The translations under genes were made by a program, and so were the position numbers. 64,000 nt of DNA from Takakia lepidozioides (lineage: Eukaryota > Plantae > Bryophyta): assembly GCA_030704615.1 (NCBI GenBank), contig CM060733.1, positions 38,316,001 to 38,380,000 on the forward strand, given 5' to 3'. Shown in pieces: positions 14,932 to 28,855 of this stretch (position 1 is its first letter; every line of letters begins with the position of its first letter). The notes under the pieces are model-generated. The model worked only from the letters and a program-made list of their open reading frames with translations. It did not search any database and was not told the origin of the DNA.

Positions 14932-15971
14932 TCTGTCTTCCCATTTTCCATATGGTCCAGATGACACATCCCATTTGATCAGATGTGAGTGAGACATGGG
15001 CAAGGAGTCTCCTGGGTTTCAGATTTTTTCCTGGAGATCATGCAAATGAGTATATGGAAACTAGTCTATTGTACATGACCTTTCTTGGTTGAAATTTCAA
15101 TCATACAAAGCCCTGTGCCTTACTATGCCCCCTAGCAGTAGTACTATTATTGCATCTACAGAAAATTGCAAATAATCCAAATGTTAGAAAATCTTTTGAA
15201 GTGCCATATGATTCTAAGAGGCTAACCCACTGATGAGCTTGTAACCTGGCCCATCACACTGCAGTAGTGCCCTGCTTCCATTCCCCCAACCACAGAAAGA
15301 TTGAAAACAGACAGACTTGTCACCGCTCAAGTTAACTACACCTGAATGTTAACTACACCCAAATGATGAAACCCACATGAGATGTAGTTTTTCTCCTCTC
15401 AAACCACCAGGCATTGTCATCATCCTGTAGGAGAAGAGTGTAAGAAAAGACTGTAAGCAGGTAACATGTTGGCTGGGACAAGAGTAGAAGGGGAGTGGGG
15501 GCACTTGAGACAGAGGACATGTTTGATGTAACACTTTGGTTTGTGTTGTGTCAATATGTCACTTCATAGCTGCAAATAACATTTCAGTTCGAATCCCCAA
15601 GTGCCCAAGTGATGGTTTGGTGGCTTTCTGCTCCTTTATGTATACCCAAAAAGTAAATGAAAAAGTATGCAACTATTAAACCCTACAGGACTGGATTTTT
15701 GGCCAACTTCCCTGGACCCAGAGGGTAAGTTAGAACCAGTGCACCTGCCCAAATGCTAAGCTTAGCAGCCAGGTGTGGCTGGGGCCTTACTGTACATACA
15801 CAAATGCCTCTACCCCACATGGCAGAATGTGCCTTGTCAAATCATTTTGCATCATAGTGGATTTGAAAACCCAAGATTGGATGTTACAATTGATTCCCTA
15901 TTGAACCTATGCGAAAGAATTCTATTGGAGACAACTGCAAGAATCAGCTCTCCCTCTTCCAAATGCCTAGC

Positions 15972-18200
15972 CTAGCATTGCACAACCGCGCACGCAGCGC
16001 CATTCTTGACATAGGGCAAATCAGGACCTCGTGACCACTCTTGTGCACATGTGTCGTAAATGAGCACTAAGCCCTCCTTATAACCACGGCCATTGCGCCC
16101 GCTTCTGCGAAGAAGATCATCAATTGACCCTCCCACCTGCAGAGTTGTGAACTAAAAATTATGTCAACGATACACAGAGCGAGAACAATTCAGAAATTGC
16201 ACTTTAATTGTACATTTGGCCTCAAATATCAAATGTGCTCAACATGGCCAGGATATGTTAAAAGTTTCCACCCTCGGAGGTTCTATTAGGACTATCCGCA
16301 AGCATCACCTGCTGTAATTTTGGAAGCCCAAACCAAGCTTCAAAACTGTCCAGCGATTTCCTCTGTGCTCTGTCAGTGTCTCTAAAACAAGGGGAGAACA
16401 TTCATAGCAAGGTGTGAATTGGATTGTTTATTTTAGCTCCTCCCTCTATTCAGCTTCAATAAAGCCCATAGGTTAGAAATGGACAGTTTCTAAATCTATA
16501 ACTTTTTCTTGGAAAAACAGTAATGTTGACACACCTGAATAATGTACACAGAACTCCCCATTGTCACGCAAGAAAACTTCAAGTAATTGTCGATCCGCAA
16601 TGGAGATGGTATTGGGGGAGGCTTGATTCGACTCCAGGATTCCTCCCGAGTGTCGAACTTCCAAAAAGAGAGTTCAACAGCATGACTTGAGAGCATGTAG
16701 ATACCTGGCCCAACCACGGTACAAGCAATGACACAGCCTCCCATTGGAAGCACTCGTGTCTTTTGCCAGCTGTTGGTTTTTGGGACATATGCGTCCATGG
16801 AACCCACATAGGCGTAAGGCTGCATTGATAGCCCAAGCATGCTGCTAAACTTCAAGCCCCCAATGACATAGAAGATACCGTTGACCGCTGCTCCTAAGCA
16901 CCCATACCTCCTGAAAGACGGAAACTATGACTCATTAGAAGATGTGGTAATAACAGAAGCTGTGGTATGAATATGACATCTAACTGAACTACATATCACA
17001 CGCCACTTTCACACAAAGATCCCATGGGGTTGACATTGAGGAGCACTAAAGGATACTAATCAACCTCCAGAGTCTGACGTTGAGCGCAATCATGCGACTG
17101 CAGTCACATCACCACCATTTGAGCATAGGGCACCTTTTCCATACCGGCACCTCACCACTGCTGATCAGATTCTTTTTCCCCTATTTCCACTGTCGGAGAA
17201 AAAAATGGTGGTTGGAGAGAGGGAGGGCACATCCTAGCTACCAAGCCTTCCTACCTGAACCCAGGATTGATCTTAACATATATCTTTCTGAGAGAGGGCT
17301 TCATAACCTCAAGTTGGAGTGGTGCAGCAGACTCCTTCAGTGGGTAAGTTCTATGATTAATTGTGGCTCATAAATTGTCAGGAAAACCTACCAGGGGGCT
17401 AAGTCTATGCAAAGAGCAAGGCCAACTGATTTTCTCACATACCTGCGCGGCATGCTTGCAATTGGCCTCCAGGTATCAAGCCCAGGAATGTACTGTTCAG
17501 CATCCATGATGGCATCGCGGCTGGAGTCGTTTCGATTAGCACCCCCAGCAACAAAGATTCGATCGCCAATCACACAGCATGCAAACTTTTTCCTGGGGCA
17601 AAGCATTGGAGCGCCGCGCGTAAGCGTCTTAGTCCATGCATCATACACAATTGTGCACTCTATTCCTAAGGGTTTTGAGGAGAGGCAAGGCACAGCCCCA
17701 AGGATGAAAATCCTGTGCTTTATGACGGCAGGCTGGGCATGAAGGAGAGCGTGGTCAGCACTGTGGTAGTCAATCAGCCATTCATTCTCAACTATTGAGA
17801 GCAGCGAGCACAGCAATCCGGCCCGCCAGCCACCGCTACTCTTGCAGTAGACCGCAGACGAGAGACCAGTCCCAGCACCACCAAACACAAACAGCAAGCT
17901 CTCCACCCGCCCATTCTTCCTCCTCATCTCATAAAACTCAGATGATTTCAGTATGCAACGCCAATTCTGGCAGACCATCATGGCACTGTGAAGAGCAGCT
18001 CGCGGCATTCTGGCCAGGCATTCGAGTAATACATCGTCAGGAAGGGAAGAGATAGAGAAGGGTGGTTCTTTTGCTGGCAGTTTCTCGTTGGGTAGTGATC
18101 GAGGAGGCCAGCATCCCTGAACCAAACCCCGCAATCCAGAACGAGACGACAATTTTTTCTTAACCCCAGGCGGACGTGCTGCAACAGGTGGTGAGGCCAT
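15972..18200 (-). CDS. F-box/kelch-repeat protein
   Basis: F-box LPDDVLLECLARMP..VCQNW followed by kelch repeats (IFVAGG..WRPIASMPRRRYGC..FYVIGG); phase-consistent exons 17443-18200, 16535-16910, 15972-16136. Confidence 0.92.
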
Positions 18201-18465
18201 CTCTCATGCTCCCTCACCCACCTTCCCTTAAAACTTCATCTCCCTACCACTCACTCTGCATTGCTCATAACACAAAGCACAGCCCTACTTCACCCATCTC
18301 TCCCTGCCATCTTCCCTGCTGCAGCGAAGACTACCCGCCATAGCCAATGCATCCCCTTTTGCCGAGTCAGACCAGCCCTGTCACCCCCACTCACCTCTCT
18401 GCTCCATGTGCCCCCTCTGCCAATCAACTGTCCTCCTTTCTTTATATGGCCCTCTTGGTCCCCCC

Positions 18466-18488
18466 CTCTCTCTCTCTCTTTCTTTCTT

Positions 18489-18520
<32 letters not shown>
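18466..18520. repeat. (CT)n/(TG)n microsatellite upstream of the kelch gene
   Basis: Directly visible dinucleotide runs. Confidence 0.9.
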
Positions 18521-18521
<1 letters not shown>

Positions 18522-19190
18522 TGTCTTTGCCCTCAAACTTAGCCAATTTCCCTGCTCTCAATGTTGGGCAGGTATATTTTTCGCCCTATGTATATTTTTC
18601 ACTGTGCTGTCAGAGATTCCACTCTTTATCTTTATCTTGCATTAAGTTCTTGCACTGTTGCTATTATTCTCCGGTTGGCAGACCTCACAAGTGCGTTCGG
18701 ACATGGTTGGAACCATGAAAGGAGGAGGGAAGACTCGACAAGCGTAACTTATGGTATCACTTTCACCCCACATGGCTGCTGCTCTCCCTTTGGAAGGTGG
18801 ACATTTCTAATGGCTACATCCGAGGCAATGCGGTTGCCCAACCCTACCGAAAGCCGCAAGCCGAAAGACTTGCAATGGATATATAAAATTTTAGTGATGA
18901 CTACAAGTCGGAGACCCATGGGAGGGTTAAGTAATACCTTGATCCAGTACCATTTTTTTCTCAGCAAAGCTCAAAAAGTCGACGCTACCTGAATCCATCC
19001 AAAGAAAGTATCGTCAAATCAGTATCGTCAAATCGTAAGCCTGCATTAAGTTTTTACATTATTTCTATTTTTTTTGCATAAAATATATTTCCAATCAAAA
19101 GAGAATGGACATTGACTTTTTGTAAAACTTGAATAGTGTTCTCATAAGTCGTCACTAATTTAATAGTGTGGAACAATGTCCATGTCCATG

Positions 19191-19293
19191 GGAGTCCACT
19201 TAACTGTCTAATCCAATCCACTCTACTCCGCGCTGCGGGTGATTGGGACGCCTGTCTGTCAAGGAGTCCACTTAATTGTCTAATCCAATCCAC
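19191..19293. repeat. ~31-bp direct repeat, two copies
   Basis: GGAGTCCACTTAA(C/T)TGTCTAATCCAATCCACT at ~19191 and ~19263. Confidence 0.85.
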
Positions 19294-20149
19294 TAGATGA
19301 TCCGCACCTCCATGTAGGGGTTGGTATCACGTGAGCACAGTGTGAGTACTGAGCATGCTATCTTGATGGAGAAGTTTCTTCCAAATGAAGCTTCCTGAGT
19401 AGTTTCCCAAGTTACTCTTGGTAATTTGGTAAACTCTCGGTAACTTGGTAAGTAATGGTAAATCATGATAGGTCATGGTAACTTTTGGTTACATGGTAAC
19501 TTAATAACTTTTGGTATTTACTCCTGGTAAGTTCATCTGGGCTATGTCCGTGACATCACCCCCTCCTCTAGCGCCAAGTTCCTCGAGGAGCGGTAAAATC
19601 TTGGACTTGCTTAGAGTTGGAGAAAATCCAAAATCCGACGAATGGTACTTGCCAAGTATTCGGCTCTTCGTTCTTGACTCAAATGATTTATAGGTCCCTG
19701 TAACCATCGATAGTGTCCAACACCTTGAACTTGGGACCACGCAGTAATTTGAGCATCTGATTTTCGAAACTGCCTTCAAACATGATTTCGTTGCTCTCTG
19801 GGTCCGAAGCCTCAACCTCCAACAGAATTATCAGACTTCGAGTAGGCTCCACTTGCCGTCGTACGGGGTCCAGACAAGGAAGTCCGCGTCGCATTGGTGG
19901 CCCATCGTCTCGAGAACGTCGGCGTGATGTTGAAGGTCGTGAGAGTCGGAACGGCTGATCTGGTAGTTGGGTAAGCGACAACTCTAATGTATCTGATTCT
20001 TGTAACTTCATGCTGTCAATACAAGATGCAAGAGTGCTGGAAGTGTAGCTATATATACTGATGTGTGGTACTCCTCTCTCATTAGCGTGTATCAGGTACA
20101 TTGAATGTGGAGTCTTCACCTTGAAGCTAACTTGGCTGACATCATCGTT

Positions 20150-23100
20150 GTGACGTCTTATTGACGTGTAGCTCGGGGCTTAGCTGTATATCGTTGATGA
20201 AACTCTTGGACTTTGTCAGATGCATTGGCGAGGTTGGATAAAGGTTCTCACTTTCGTTTGCTGATGTCGTAGCTTTTCCAATGTACGAAATACTCAAGAC
20301 GTTTATACTTGATACGAGAGTCTAGGACTTTGTCGACTTCATACTCAATTTCCTGATTGACTTCGATTGGTGGAGGTGGTACGGAGACTCTCATTGGAAT
20401 ATTCGATGGATGATACAACTCCAATAATGAAACATGAAAGACTGGATGGATGCGCATACTTCGTGGGAGTTCAAGCCGAAAACTGACCGAATTTATTTGT
20501 CGAATAATTTTGAATAGGCCCAAGCGTTGATAATCCAACTTCATTGATGGTCGCGAGGTTTGTATGTCCCGTCGAAGAAGCCACACACGATCTCCGACCT
20601 TGAACTGGGGTTGGAGTTTGCGACGTTGATCTGCATACTCCTTGTATTGTTTTTGAGCTTCTGTAAGGTGGAATGTAAGCTCCTTGTGAATCGTAGCAAG
20701 ATGAGTAGCAAGGTTTTCTGCAGCAGGGCTTCCAACAGTCTTCATGTAGAAAGGGTTTGCTCGAGGATGATGACCATAATTGGAGAAAAATGGAGTTTGT
20801 TGGGTCGAAGAATGTATAGTGTTGTTGTAGGCAAACTCAGCCAATGACAGAAGGTCCGTCCAATTATCTTGGTGATAATTTATCGTACAGCGAAGATACT
20901 GCTCCAAAATCTGGTTTACACGTTCGGTTTGACCATCAGTCTGTGGATGATTAGCTGTAGAAAGATTGATCTTAGTATCCAATATGTGAAATAATCCCCT
21001 CCAGAAATTTGATATGAACTGTGGTCCTCGATCAGATACGATGTCATTCAGGAGTCCATGAATGCAGTAGATATTATTGAGGAAGAGTCTTGCAGTTTCC
21101 TCACCGGTAATCGTCTTATTACATGGAATGAAATGTGTCATCTTCGTAAAACGATCTACAATAACAAGGATTGAATCGGTGGTCTTGGAGATTGGAAGGT
21201 CCGTAATAAAGACCATAGACACGGACGACCATGGACCCTTGGGAATGGGTAATGGTTGAAGAAGGCCGTAAGGTTGATGTCGTGGTCTCTTCGCTCTAGC
21301 ACACGTGTCGCAAGATTTTATAAATTCTTTCACGAGTTTCCACATCTGCGGCCACCAATAGTCCCTGGATATCAATTCCATTGTTTTGTTGAAGCCGAAA
21401 TGTCATGCAGCCGGAAGATCATGACATGTTTGAAGAATTCGAAGTTGTGTAGGTCATGGAGGTACATAGAGAAGTCCCTTGAAATAAAGCAAGTCATGTT
21501 TGAACTCGAAGTTGTTTGTAACATGTAGGTTGTCTCGAGGTCGATTTAGTTGACTTCGTAGTGTCATAGAGAATTGGTCGCTCTTCAGTGCTTCCTAAAT
21601 CTCCTTTATGATCTCTGCATCGTCATAGGTGGACATGGATAGCATATTCAATTGGAGATTTGTTGGTTTCAAGATGATGGATTTCTGTTGGTCAAAAGTT
21701 GCATTCCCTTCCTTTGGCGCAAAATACGATCGTCGAGAAAGAGCATCTTGGTTTCTTTGAAGATGTCCGGGACGGTAGGTAATAACAAAATCAAACCTTG
21801 CTAGTGACATACTCCATCTTGCTTGACGTCGATTCAAAACACGAGCACTCATAAAATACTCGAGGTTTTTGTGATCGGTATAGACAGTGACCTGATGTTG
21901 AGCTCCTCCAATAGATGACGTCACTCCTCAAAAGCATCGATAATCGCTAGAAGTTCTTTGTCATGGATTTCATAATTGATCTCCGCAGCGGAAAATTTGC
22001 GAGAACGAAAACCAACAGGGTAAAGTCGGCCATCTGTACCGTATTGAGAGAGTACCGCGCCAAGTGCAAAGTCCAATGCATCTGCTTCCAAAAATAATGG
22101 TTTAGATGGGTCTGCATGTACCAGTATTGGAGCCATTGTAAATGTCTGCTTCAGCCTTTCAAATGCTTAGTCAGCCTTCTCGTCCTATACAAATTTGTCC
22201 TTCCTTGTGAGTCGTGTCATTGGTGCAGCAATTTTGGAGTATTTCTGGATGAAGATTATATAGAAATTTGCAAATCCTAGAAAACATTGTATATCTCGGA
22301 CCGAAGTTGGTTTAACCCACTCGATGATGGTTTGCATTTTCTTCGAATCCATAAAGACTCCTTTGTCGGAAATAATGTAGCCCAAAAATTCGACTTCAGA
22401 TTGGTGAAAAAGACATTTTTCCAACTTGGCATATAGTCATTTTTTCCCTCAATTTATCAAGGACAAGGCGTACATGACGACCATGTTCTTCTTCATTATG
22501 CGAAAATATCAAAAATAGATGACTACAAAGTCATCTAAAAATTCTCGAAAGATGTCATTCATCATGTGTTGAAAATTTGCTGGAGCATTTGTGAGACCGA
22601 AAGTCATAACACTGTATTCGAAATGTCAATACCTTGTGCGAAAAGCAGTCTTACATTCGTCTCCTTCTTTTATTCGTACAAGGTTGTAAGCTCCTCTCAA
22701 GTCGATCTTTGTGAAAAAAATTGCTCGTCCAAGTTGTTCGAGGAGTCCGGAAATCAGCGATTTTTTATAGTGACTTTGTTGAGTCCACGATAGTCCACAC
22801 ACATGCGTAACGATCCGTCTTTTTTCTTCACAAATAAGATAGGTGCTCCCGCGGGTGATTTCGAATGTTGAATGAAATTCTTTGACAAATTTTCATCAAT
22901 GTATTCGCGTAAAGCAGCCAGCTCCGTCTGAGATAAATTGTAGATCGGGCCGAATGGTGGTTGAGCTCTTTCTTGCAACTCAATTGCACAATCATAAGGT
23001 CGATGTTCTAGCAACATGTCTGCATTTTTCTTCTCAAATACATCCTTGAAATCTTGATATTGAGTGGGTAATGTCGAAGTACCTTGGTCTGTTGTGGTTT

Positions 23101-24681
23101 TGATCGGAGTCGCATAAAGTGCAAATGTCGCGTCTTTTTTCGTAGCTCTCATGAAGGCTCTAGCTCCAAGAAACAGGGGTTGAATACCTTTGGTACTTTT
23201 GCATTTTTGTCTTGCCGAAATTTTTCGTAATCGCCAGTCGATGTCAGGATTATGAAGTACAAACCAGGGAAGTCCAAGGATCACAGGATTCGTTGGAGAC
23301 TGGATGACATTGAAAACAATATGTGATGCTTGATTTTTAAGCTTCATTTCAAGGGGTCGAGTTTCATGGTCAACATTTCCTGATGCTAACGGTCGTCCAT
23401 CGTTGACTTCAACAGAGGCCGAGAATTTCTTTCTTACGAGCGTTAAATTGGGTTGCTTCGTAAAGTCTTTATCAATAAAACACGCTGAAGCGCCCGAGTC
23501 CAAAAGTGCTTCTACGGAGATATCTCGATTTTGCATCCTGATCTTTACTGGAACTGTGAAACAAGATACAGGGTCTTGAGGTAGAAAAAGACATTTTTTT
23601 TTTTAGGAATTTGGGGTGTCCAGCCGCATGGTCCCTACTGTGACTGGACATCTTCGTTTTCCGACCTCCTCGTATCAAACACTTGAGTGGTGCCCCGAGC
23701 TTTGAATCTTCTCTTGTTGGGGCAGTTTAATGCCATGTGATCATTTTCTCCGCAATAAAGGCATAATCCATTCGAGCACCGTCTTTGTTTTTCATGTGGC
23801 GTCAATGGCTTGAATCGGACAGCATCAATCTACATATGATCATTATCGGATGTCTGATGGATCGTTGTATTTGGTGCCGTAGTAACAGCGGCATGGTGCG
23901 TCGTCGACCATCCAGATCGCTTCTCTTGACGTCTTTCGAACAAACGATTATCGCATGCAATAACCTGGGTGATGAATTCGCTCAGTGTACTCACGTTTGA
24001 CATTGTCAGCAACAAATCTTTAACATCATCTTTTAAGCCACATCGAAACTGACTAATGAGGCTCTTCTCATTCCAGTCAAGGTCGCACGCAAGTTGTCGA
24101 AACTCGGCAGCATAAACGGAAGCTGGACGTGCTCCTTATCGAAGATTTCGCATCTTTGTCTCTGCAACTCTCTCTCTATCATTCTCTCCAAACGTTGCAG
24201 TGAACTCGGACATGAACGCTTCAAAATTGTATAGTAAATGCAAATTTTTCTCTAATAGCGGTGCAAACCAAGATAGGGCAGTGCCTGATAGAAGGGTACC
24301 CACGAATCTCACTTGAATACCTTCATCAGAGTAACGTTGTGGATGTAGTCGTATGAACAATCGTACTTGTTGGACAAAACCGCGAAATCTTGATCTCGTC
24401 CCATCAAATTTCTCGGGCATGCTGACCTTTGGTTCCCTTATAATCTGTTGAAGATTTGGAGGAACCGTTGCAGTAGGATTTGTTGTAGTATGGACTCGTA
24501 AGGTTGAAGATCCATTGTTCGACTCCTTCAACTCTGAAATTTGTTGTTGCAAATTGTTGAGAGCATTGCCAAGGTCTTGAGACTGGTCAGCTTGTAGTTG
24601 GGCAGTAGCGGCACGAAGTTCTTGCATCTGGAGCTGAAGACTCTGCAATGTGGCGACCATTTTCGTAAATGTGTCTTCCAT
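20150..24681 (-). pseudogene. gag-pol of the chromovirus, with frameshifts and stops
   Basis: ORF fragments 24136-24681, 22754-23536, 22185-22424, 21921-22136, 21595-21924 and 20248-21381 in Gypsy order PR-RT-RH-IN-CHD. Confidence 0.92.
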
Positions 24682-24719
24682 CTTAACTAACTAAGGAACA
24701 AACTTTAGTCTCGCCAAAC

Positions 24720-25346
24720 TGTCAAGGACGAGAACAAGACTGAACACAAACAAGAGATAAGACTAGAGGTACAAGGCTAGACAAGAAGTCAAGGTCGGCG
24801 TGGCCGAATGTACGATGAGTAAATAGAAATCAAAACGATTAACAATGAACAAGAGTACAAGATATTGGAACACGACTTGAATACTGGAATGCTGGAAACC
24901 GGACTGGAGTACTCGATACTAGAAACTGGGCTAGAGTACTGGGAACTGGAAACAAGAGTAGCTTGAACTGGTGTTGGCGAAACTAAAGAGTGCCCAGTCT
25001 CGCCTCCTACATATACTGACTACTAAGAAGCTTCCCCAAGAAGCTTCCCTTATGGAGGTTTTTTGCTGGAGAAGTTTCCAAGATTAAACAAAGATTTCTT
25101 GATGGAAAAGCTTCCTTAAACAAAGGAGGTATCTTGATGGAGAAGTTTCCTCCAAAGGAAGCTTCCTGAGTAGTTTCCCAAGTTACTCTTGGTAATTTGG
25201 TAAACTCCCGGTAACTTGGTAAGTAATGGTGAATCATGGTAGATCAAGATAAATCACGGTAAGTCATAGTAATTTTTGGTTACATGGTAACTTGGTAACT
25301 TCTGGTATTTACTCCTGATAAGTTCCTCTGGGCTGTGTCCGTGACA
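24720..25346 (-). repeat. 5' LTR of the chromovirus
   Basis: Minus strand begins TGTCACGG and ends TTGACA; 25130-25346 closely matches 19358-19555. Confidence 0.9.
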
Positions 25347-25610
25347 TTGAGAACCCTTCCTGGTATTTGAGACAGATTTGGTTTATGGACACAAACGTAT
25401 GCAGCGGGGGGTTTTGCATTAAGAAACATTTTCTGGTATTTGAGAAACACTATGCAGAAGTGGGTTTCGCTTTGAGAAACTCTTACTGGTATTTGAGAAA
25501 TACTATGCAGAAGTACGTTTCGCTTTGAGAAACTCTTACTAATGTTTCAGAAATACTATGCAGAAGTGAGTTTCACTTTGAGAAACTCTTCTTGGTATTT
25601 GAGAAATACT
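25347..25610. repeat. Tandem array of a ~52-bp unit, about 4-5 degenerate copies
   Basis: Recurring GAGAAACTCTTACTGGTATTTGAGAAATACTATGCAGAAGT..TTTCGCTTT. Confidence 0.85.
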
Positions 25611-26337
25611 TTGGTGATATGGGCTTGGTGATGGGGACTTTAAAAGTGACCTTCTCCTACTTTATGTTACGCCTGGTTGGTATAGAGTTTCGCCCTGCAA
25701 AATTATGAGGTTGTGTGGTACATATTCCTTTCTTTTGAAATTAGCTATGGGCGAGGACCTGCAATTTCAGTAGAAGCCTCACCGCACACTCTCGCGCTTG
25801 TTATGGAGAAAATGCCACGCCTATAGGGTAACATGCTCATCGGGTATATGGGCTACGTGTTCTCTATGTGTTAGTTTTGGATAGTTTTTAGTTTCGCCAA
25901 ATTCGTTTTGCAGTGGAAAATTCAAGGAAATTTCGTGCAAATTCGGGGAATATGCCCTTGTACTCATGTGAGCACGCTCACGCGCTACCCAACCTCCGCA
26001 CTACAGGTTAGTGGGGCACCTGTCCACTGGTCCGCTCTCGAGGTCCACCCACATATTTTTTGCGGAAATAAGGAGTTCATAAAGTATATTATCATAACTA
26101 AGACACTCCAAGTAGGAATTGAACAAAAGGTTACTTAGTGACCATTCATGGCTCTAAACCATCACACTACCTACTACTTTTTAAAACACCATGAAACTTT
26201 TAATGTTTTTATCTGGCTAGAGGTTGGTCATGGCCCTCCTGCCTCCCATGAGCGGTACCACACCATAGTGGACTCATTCCCAGCCTACTCTTGCATACTA
26301 GATTCATCCAAGCGGGCTAGGTTGTTGGAAGCCTTGC

Positions 26338-26540
26338 ATGCACCCTACATGGGCCCCGCCACACACACCTTAAAGACCTTAATATCTTCTAATGAGAAGC
26401 TTATAGTCCATGGTGCAAGCATCTTTTACAAATGCCTCACATGCACCCTACATGGGCCCGCCACACACGGACGTCTTAAAGACATTAATATCTTCTAATG
26501 AGAAGCTTATAGTCCATGGTGCAAGCATCTTTTACAAATG
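26338..26540. repeat. ~104-bp tandem duplication
   Basis: ATGCACCCTACATGGGCCC..TTAATATCTTCTAATGAGAAGCTTATAGTCCATGGTGCAAGCATCTTTTACAAATG occurs twice. Confidence 0.85.
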
Positions 26541-27924
26541 GCCAAGCGGCTATGGCACAAGACCGCCATACAAGATTCACATAGGTGCATGTTCAATGTC
26601 ACCATTATGACCAACCCCCTTATAAAAATGGAATATTTGGGTCAACCAGTTACTTCATGTCTGGTTGGACTTTCCATCTAGCTATGTGTGCAACTTGGAT
26701 AACCAAGTTGTAGCCATGGTAATAGGCACATACCACCTCAGAAGTAGTTGTGGGTTCAATCCATGGATTGGGTGTCACAAACGTGTCCACCTTCCTATCG
26801 GAAGGCAGTAGCCCTTTAGGATCAAGAGACACCATAAGTTATGCTCCCTTTGGAAGGCATCATATCTTATTATTATTGTCCCCAACCATCCATTGCAAAG
26901 CTCATAGGTTTACTTGTGGGAACAAGTGAAAATTTGAGAAAAATAAAGCTTTGACAAGAGTGGGAGAAAAAACAATGCCTTCCAAAAGCATAGAGCTCAA
27001 TAATCTTTCCAAACATTGTGAAAATAGATAAAACAAATCGGGATGAAGTGACAATGTCACATTTGCAATGTAGTGAATCTTAGGGCCACTAAGCCTACAA
27101 TCTAAAGGCACAATTGAGGTGATACTTAGAAAAAATAGAAGTGGTAGTGAAGACTATTGGGTAAAAAAGTCAAGTAGATTCATTTGGACAATTTTTTATT
27201 GCATCACATCAATGAGGTGACATTACAACATGGAAAGTGAGATTTGTTTTTATGGACACCTCCAAAGCAACTTTTGGGAGGCTAAGTAGTTAAGAAGTGC
27301 CACCCCTTACCCTATGTTACTCTCAGATTCGACACAAATTAATTATATTTTGGGTTGTTGAAATTTTTGAATTAACTCAAGTGATATGTCTAAAAATCCA
27401 GAAATATTACATACTCAGCTTGTCAAAAAATAAGAAAATTTGGAAAATCTCAAAAAATCTACTAAAGGACAGAATACAGAGGGCACGTGCAGCCTCTAAA
27501 GATGCGGAGCTCATATCGCAAGCTTGTATCGCAGGTGGCAAAAAATTTCAATTCTAAACTGACGAAACCGTGGAGTATAAAATATGAGGTGCCGAATGGA
27601 CTGAGCCTCCAAAAAATAATTATTTCGGCACTGTGCTATTGAATCTGACAACAACGTACGGTATGAGTTCGTTTTATACTATTTGTATCCACTTTCAAGC
27701 AATGAGAATCATGTTTTTCCCTTCGGAGTAAAGTAACACCATAAGTTACGCTTCCCTCATGTTTGGAGGAAAATTTGGCAATAACAAGCTCTTATTTTCA
27801 AGATGGGTTTCTCCCTTTTTCTTTTTCTTTTCCTTTTTTTTGAAGGAAAGGGGACGGAGGCCCTTTTGATCAAATTAATGATTGAGGAAAAAATAACCTC
27901 AAGGCCATAAGGAGTACAAAGCGA

Positions 27925-27973
27925 GGCCACTTCAGGGCCCACTTCAGGGCCACTTCAGGGCCACTTCAGGGCC
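27925..27973. repeat. 11-bp tandem repeat (GGCCACTTCAG) x4
   Basis: Directly visible. Confidence 0.85.
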
Positions 27974-28137
27974 GCAAGTATCCGTGCAGAGCTAACACAT
28001 GAATACCAAAACAGCCTACCAACTACCAAGAAGCTAGAGCTTGCAGCTGCACAAAAAAAGCCAAGCCAGAGTGAGGAAGCCGACAACCCGCAGAACTACT
28101 CAAAAGTAGGATCAACGTTTAGCTTGAAGATGAGTTG

Positions 28138-28855
28138 CAGAGTACGGTGGACCAAAAACGGCAGATTTTTCCTCCATGAAAGTCCATATAGATACCTCAA
28201 ATTACGGGAATTTATCCAAATATTTAGTTTTAGATGATAGATATGATATATTTAAACACTTTTAGTAAAAAAAATCCCACCCCAAATAGGCTAGTTTATT
28301 AGAAATTTTAGTATTTAATTCTGAAAAATAGAAAACAATTTTTTATTTCTAATAATTAAAGATTTTTGAATTTTTTCCATATATCATTATAGGTTTTTAC
28401 ACCTTTATAGTAATGATGATATCCCAAAAGCCTTTAAATGAGGATGATGTACATTAGAAAAAATACACTGCAATTTGGCCCAGTGTTTAGTATAAATTAG
28501 TCCATACCTCTCATTTTTTGATGTTTTTAGTCCATATAAAAGTGCATTGGGGTAGCTTTCAAAAATGGCACCCCTACTGTGTTTTCTTTTTTGCTATTGT
28601 TTTTTTAGTCCATATGGTTTTTCATATGTAACACTGCAGTGACCCATAAGATTCAACTTTAAGAGTCCATAGCTCTTTCATAGATGATCTTTTTTACGAT
28701 AAATATTTTTGAGTATGTCTCTACTGTAGTTACATATCTTAGACCATATAAACTTGTATGAAATATTGATTTGTGATTTTACTATAAAAGGTACCATGAA
28801 TTGAGGTCACTACAGAAACTGTCATGTTACGCAGTTTTTGGTCCACCGTACCCTG
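28138..28855. mobile_element. Non-autonomous DNA transposon (MITE) with 22-bp TIRs
   Basis: CAGAGTACGGTGGACCAAAAAC versus reverse complement CAGGGTACGGTGGACCAAAAAC (1 mismatch) around an AT-rich non-coding interior; no TSD recognised. Confidence 0.75.

Larger units (their letters stand above)
19358..25346 (-). mobile_element. Ty3/Gypsy chromovirus (Tcn1/Tf1-like) LTR retrotransposon, decayed, 3' LTR truncated
   Basis: gag (PEKFDGTRS), CCHC remnant, protease ALLDSGA, RT ([11 protein letters not shown]), RNase H (EADA, YTDHKNL), integrase (HPQTDGQTERVN, GPY/F-like) and chromodomain (EYEVDKVLDSR..YFVHWKSY). 5' LTR 24720-25346 (TG..CA); 3' LTR remnant 19358-19555; PPT AGAGGAGGGGGTGA immediately before it. 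Confidence 0.95.

Noticed and set aside
25347-25610. CRISPR-like periodicity
   Set aside because: Whole units repeat without unique spacers; eukaryotic context with no cas genes.
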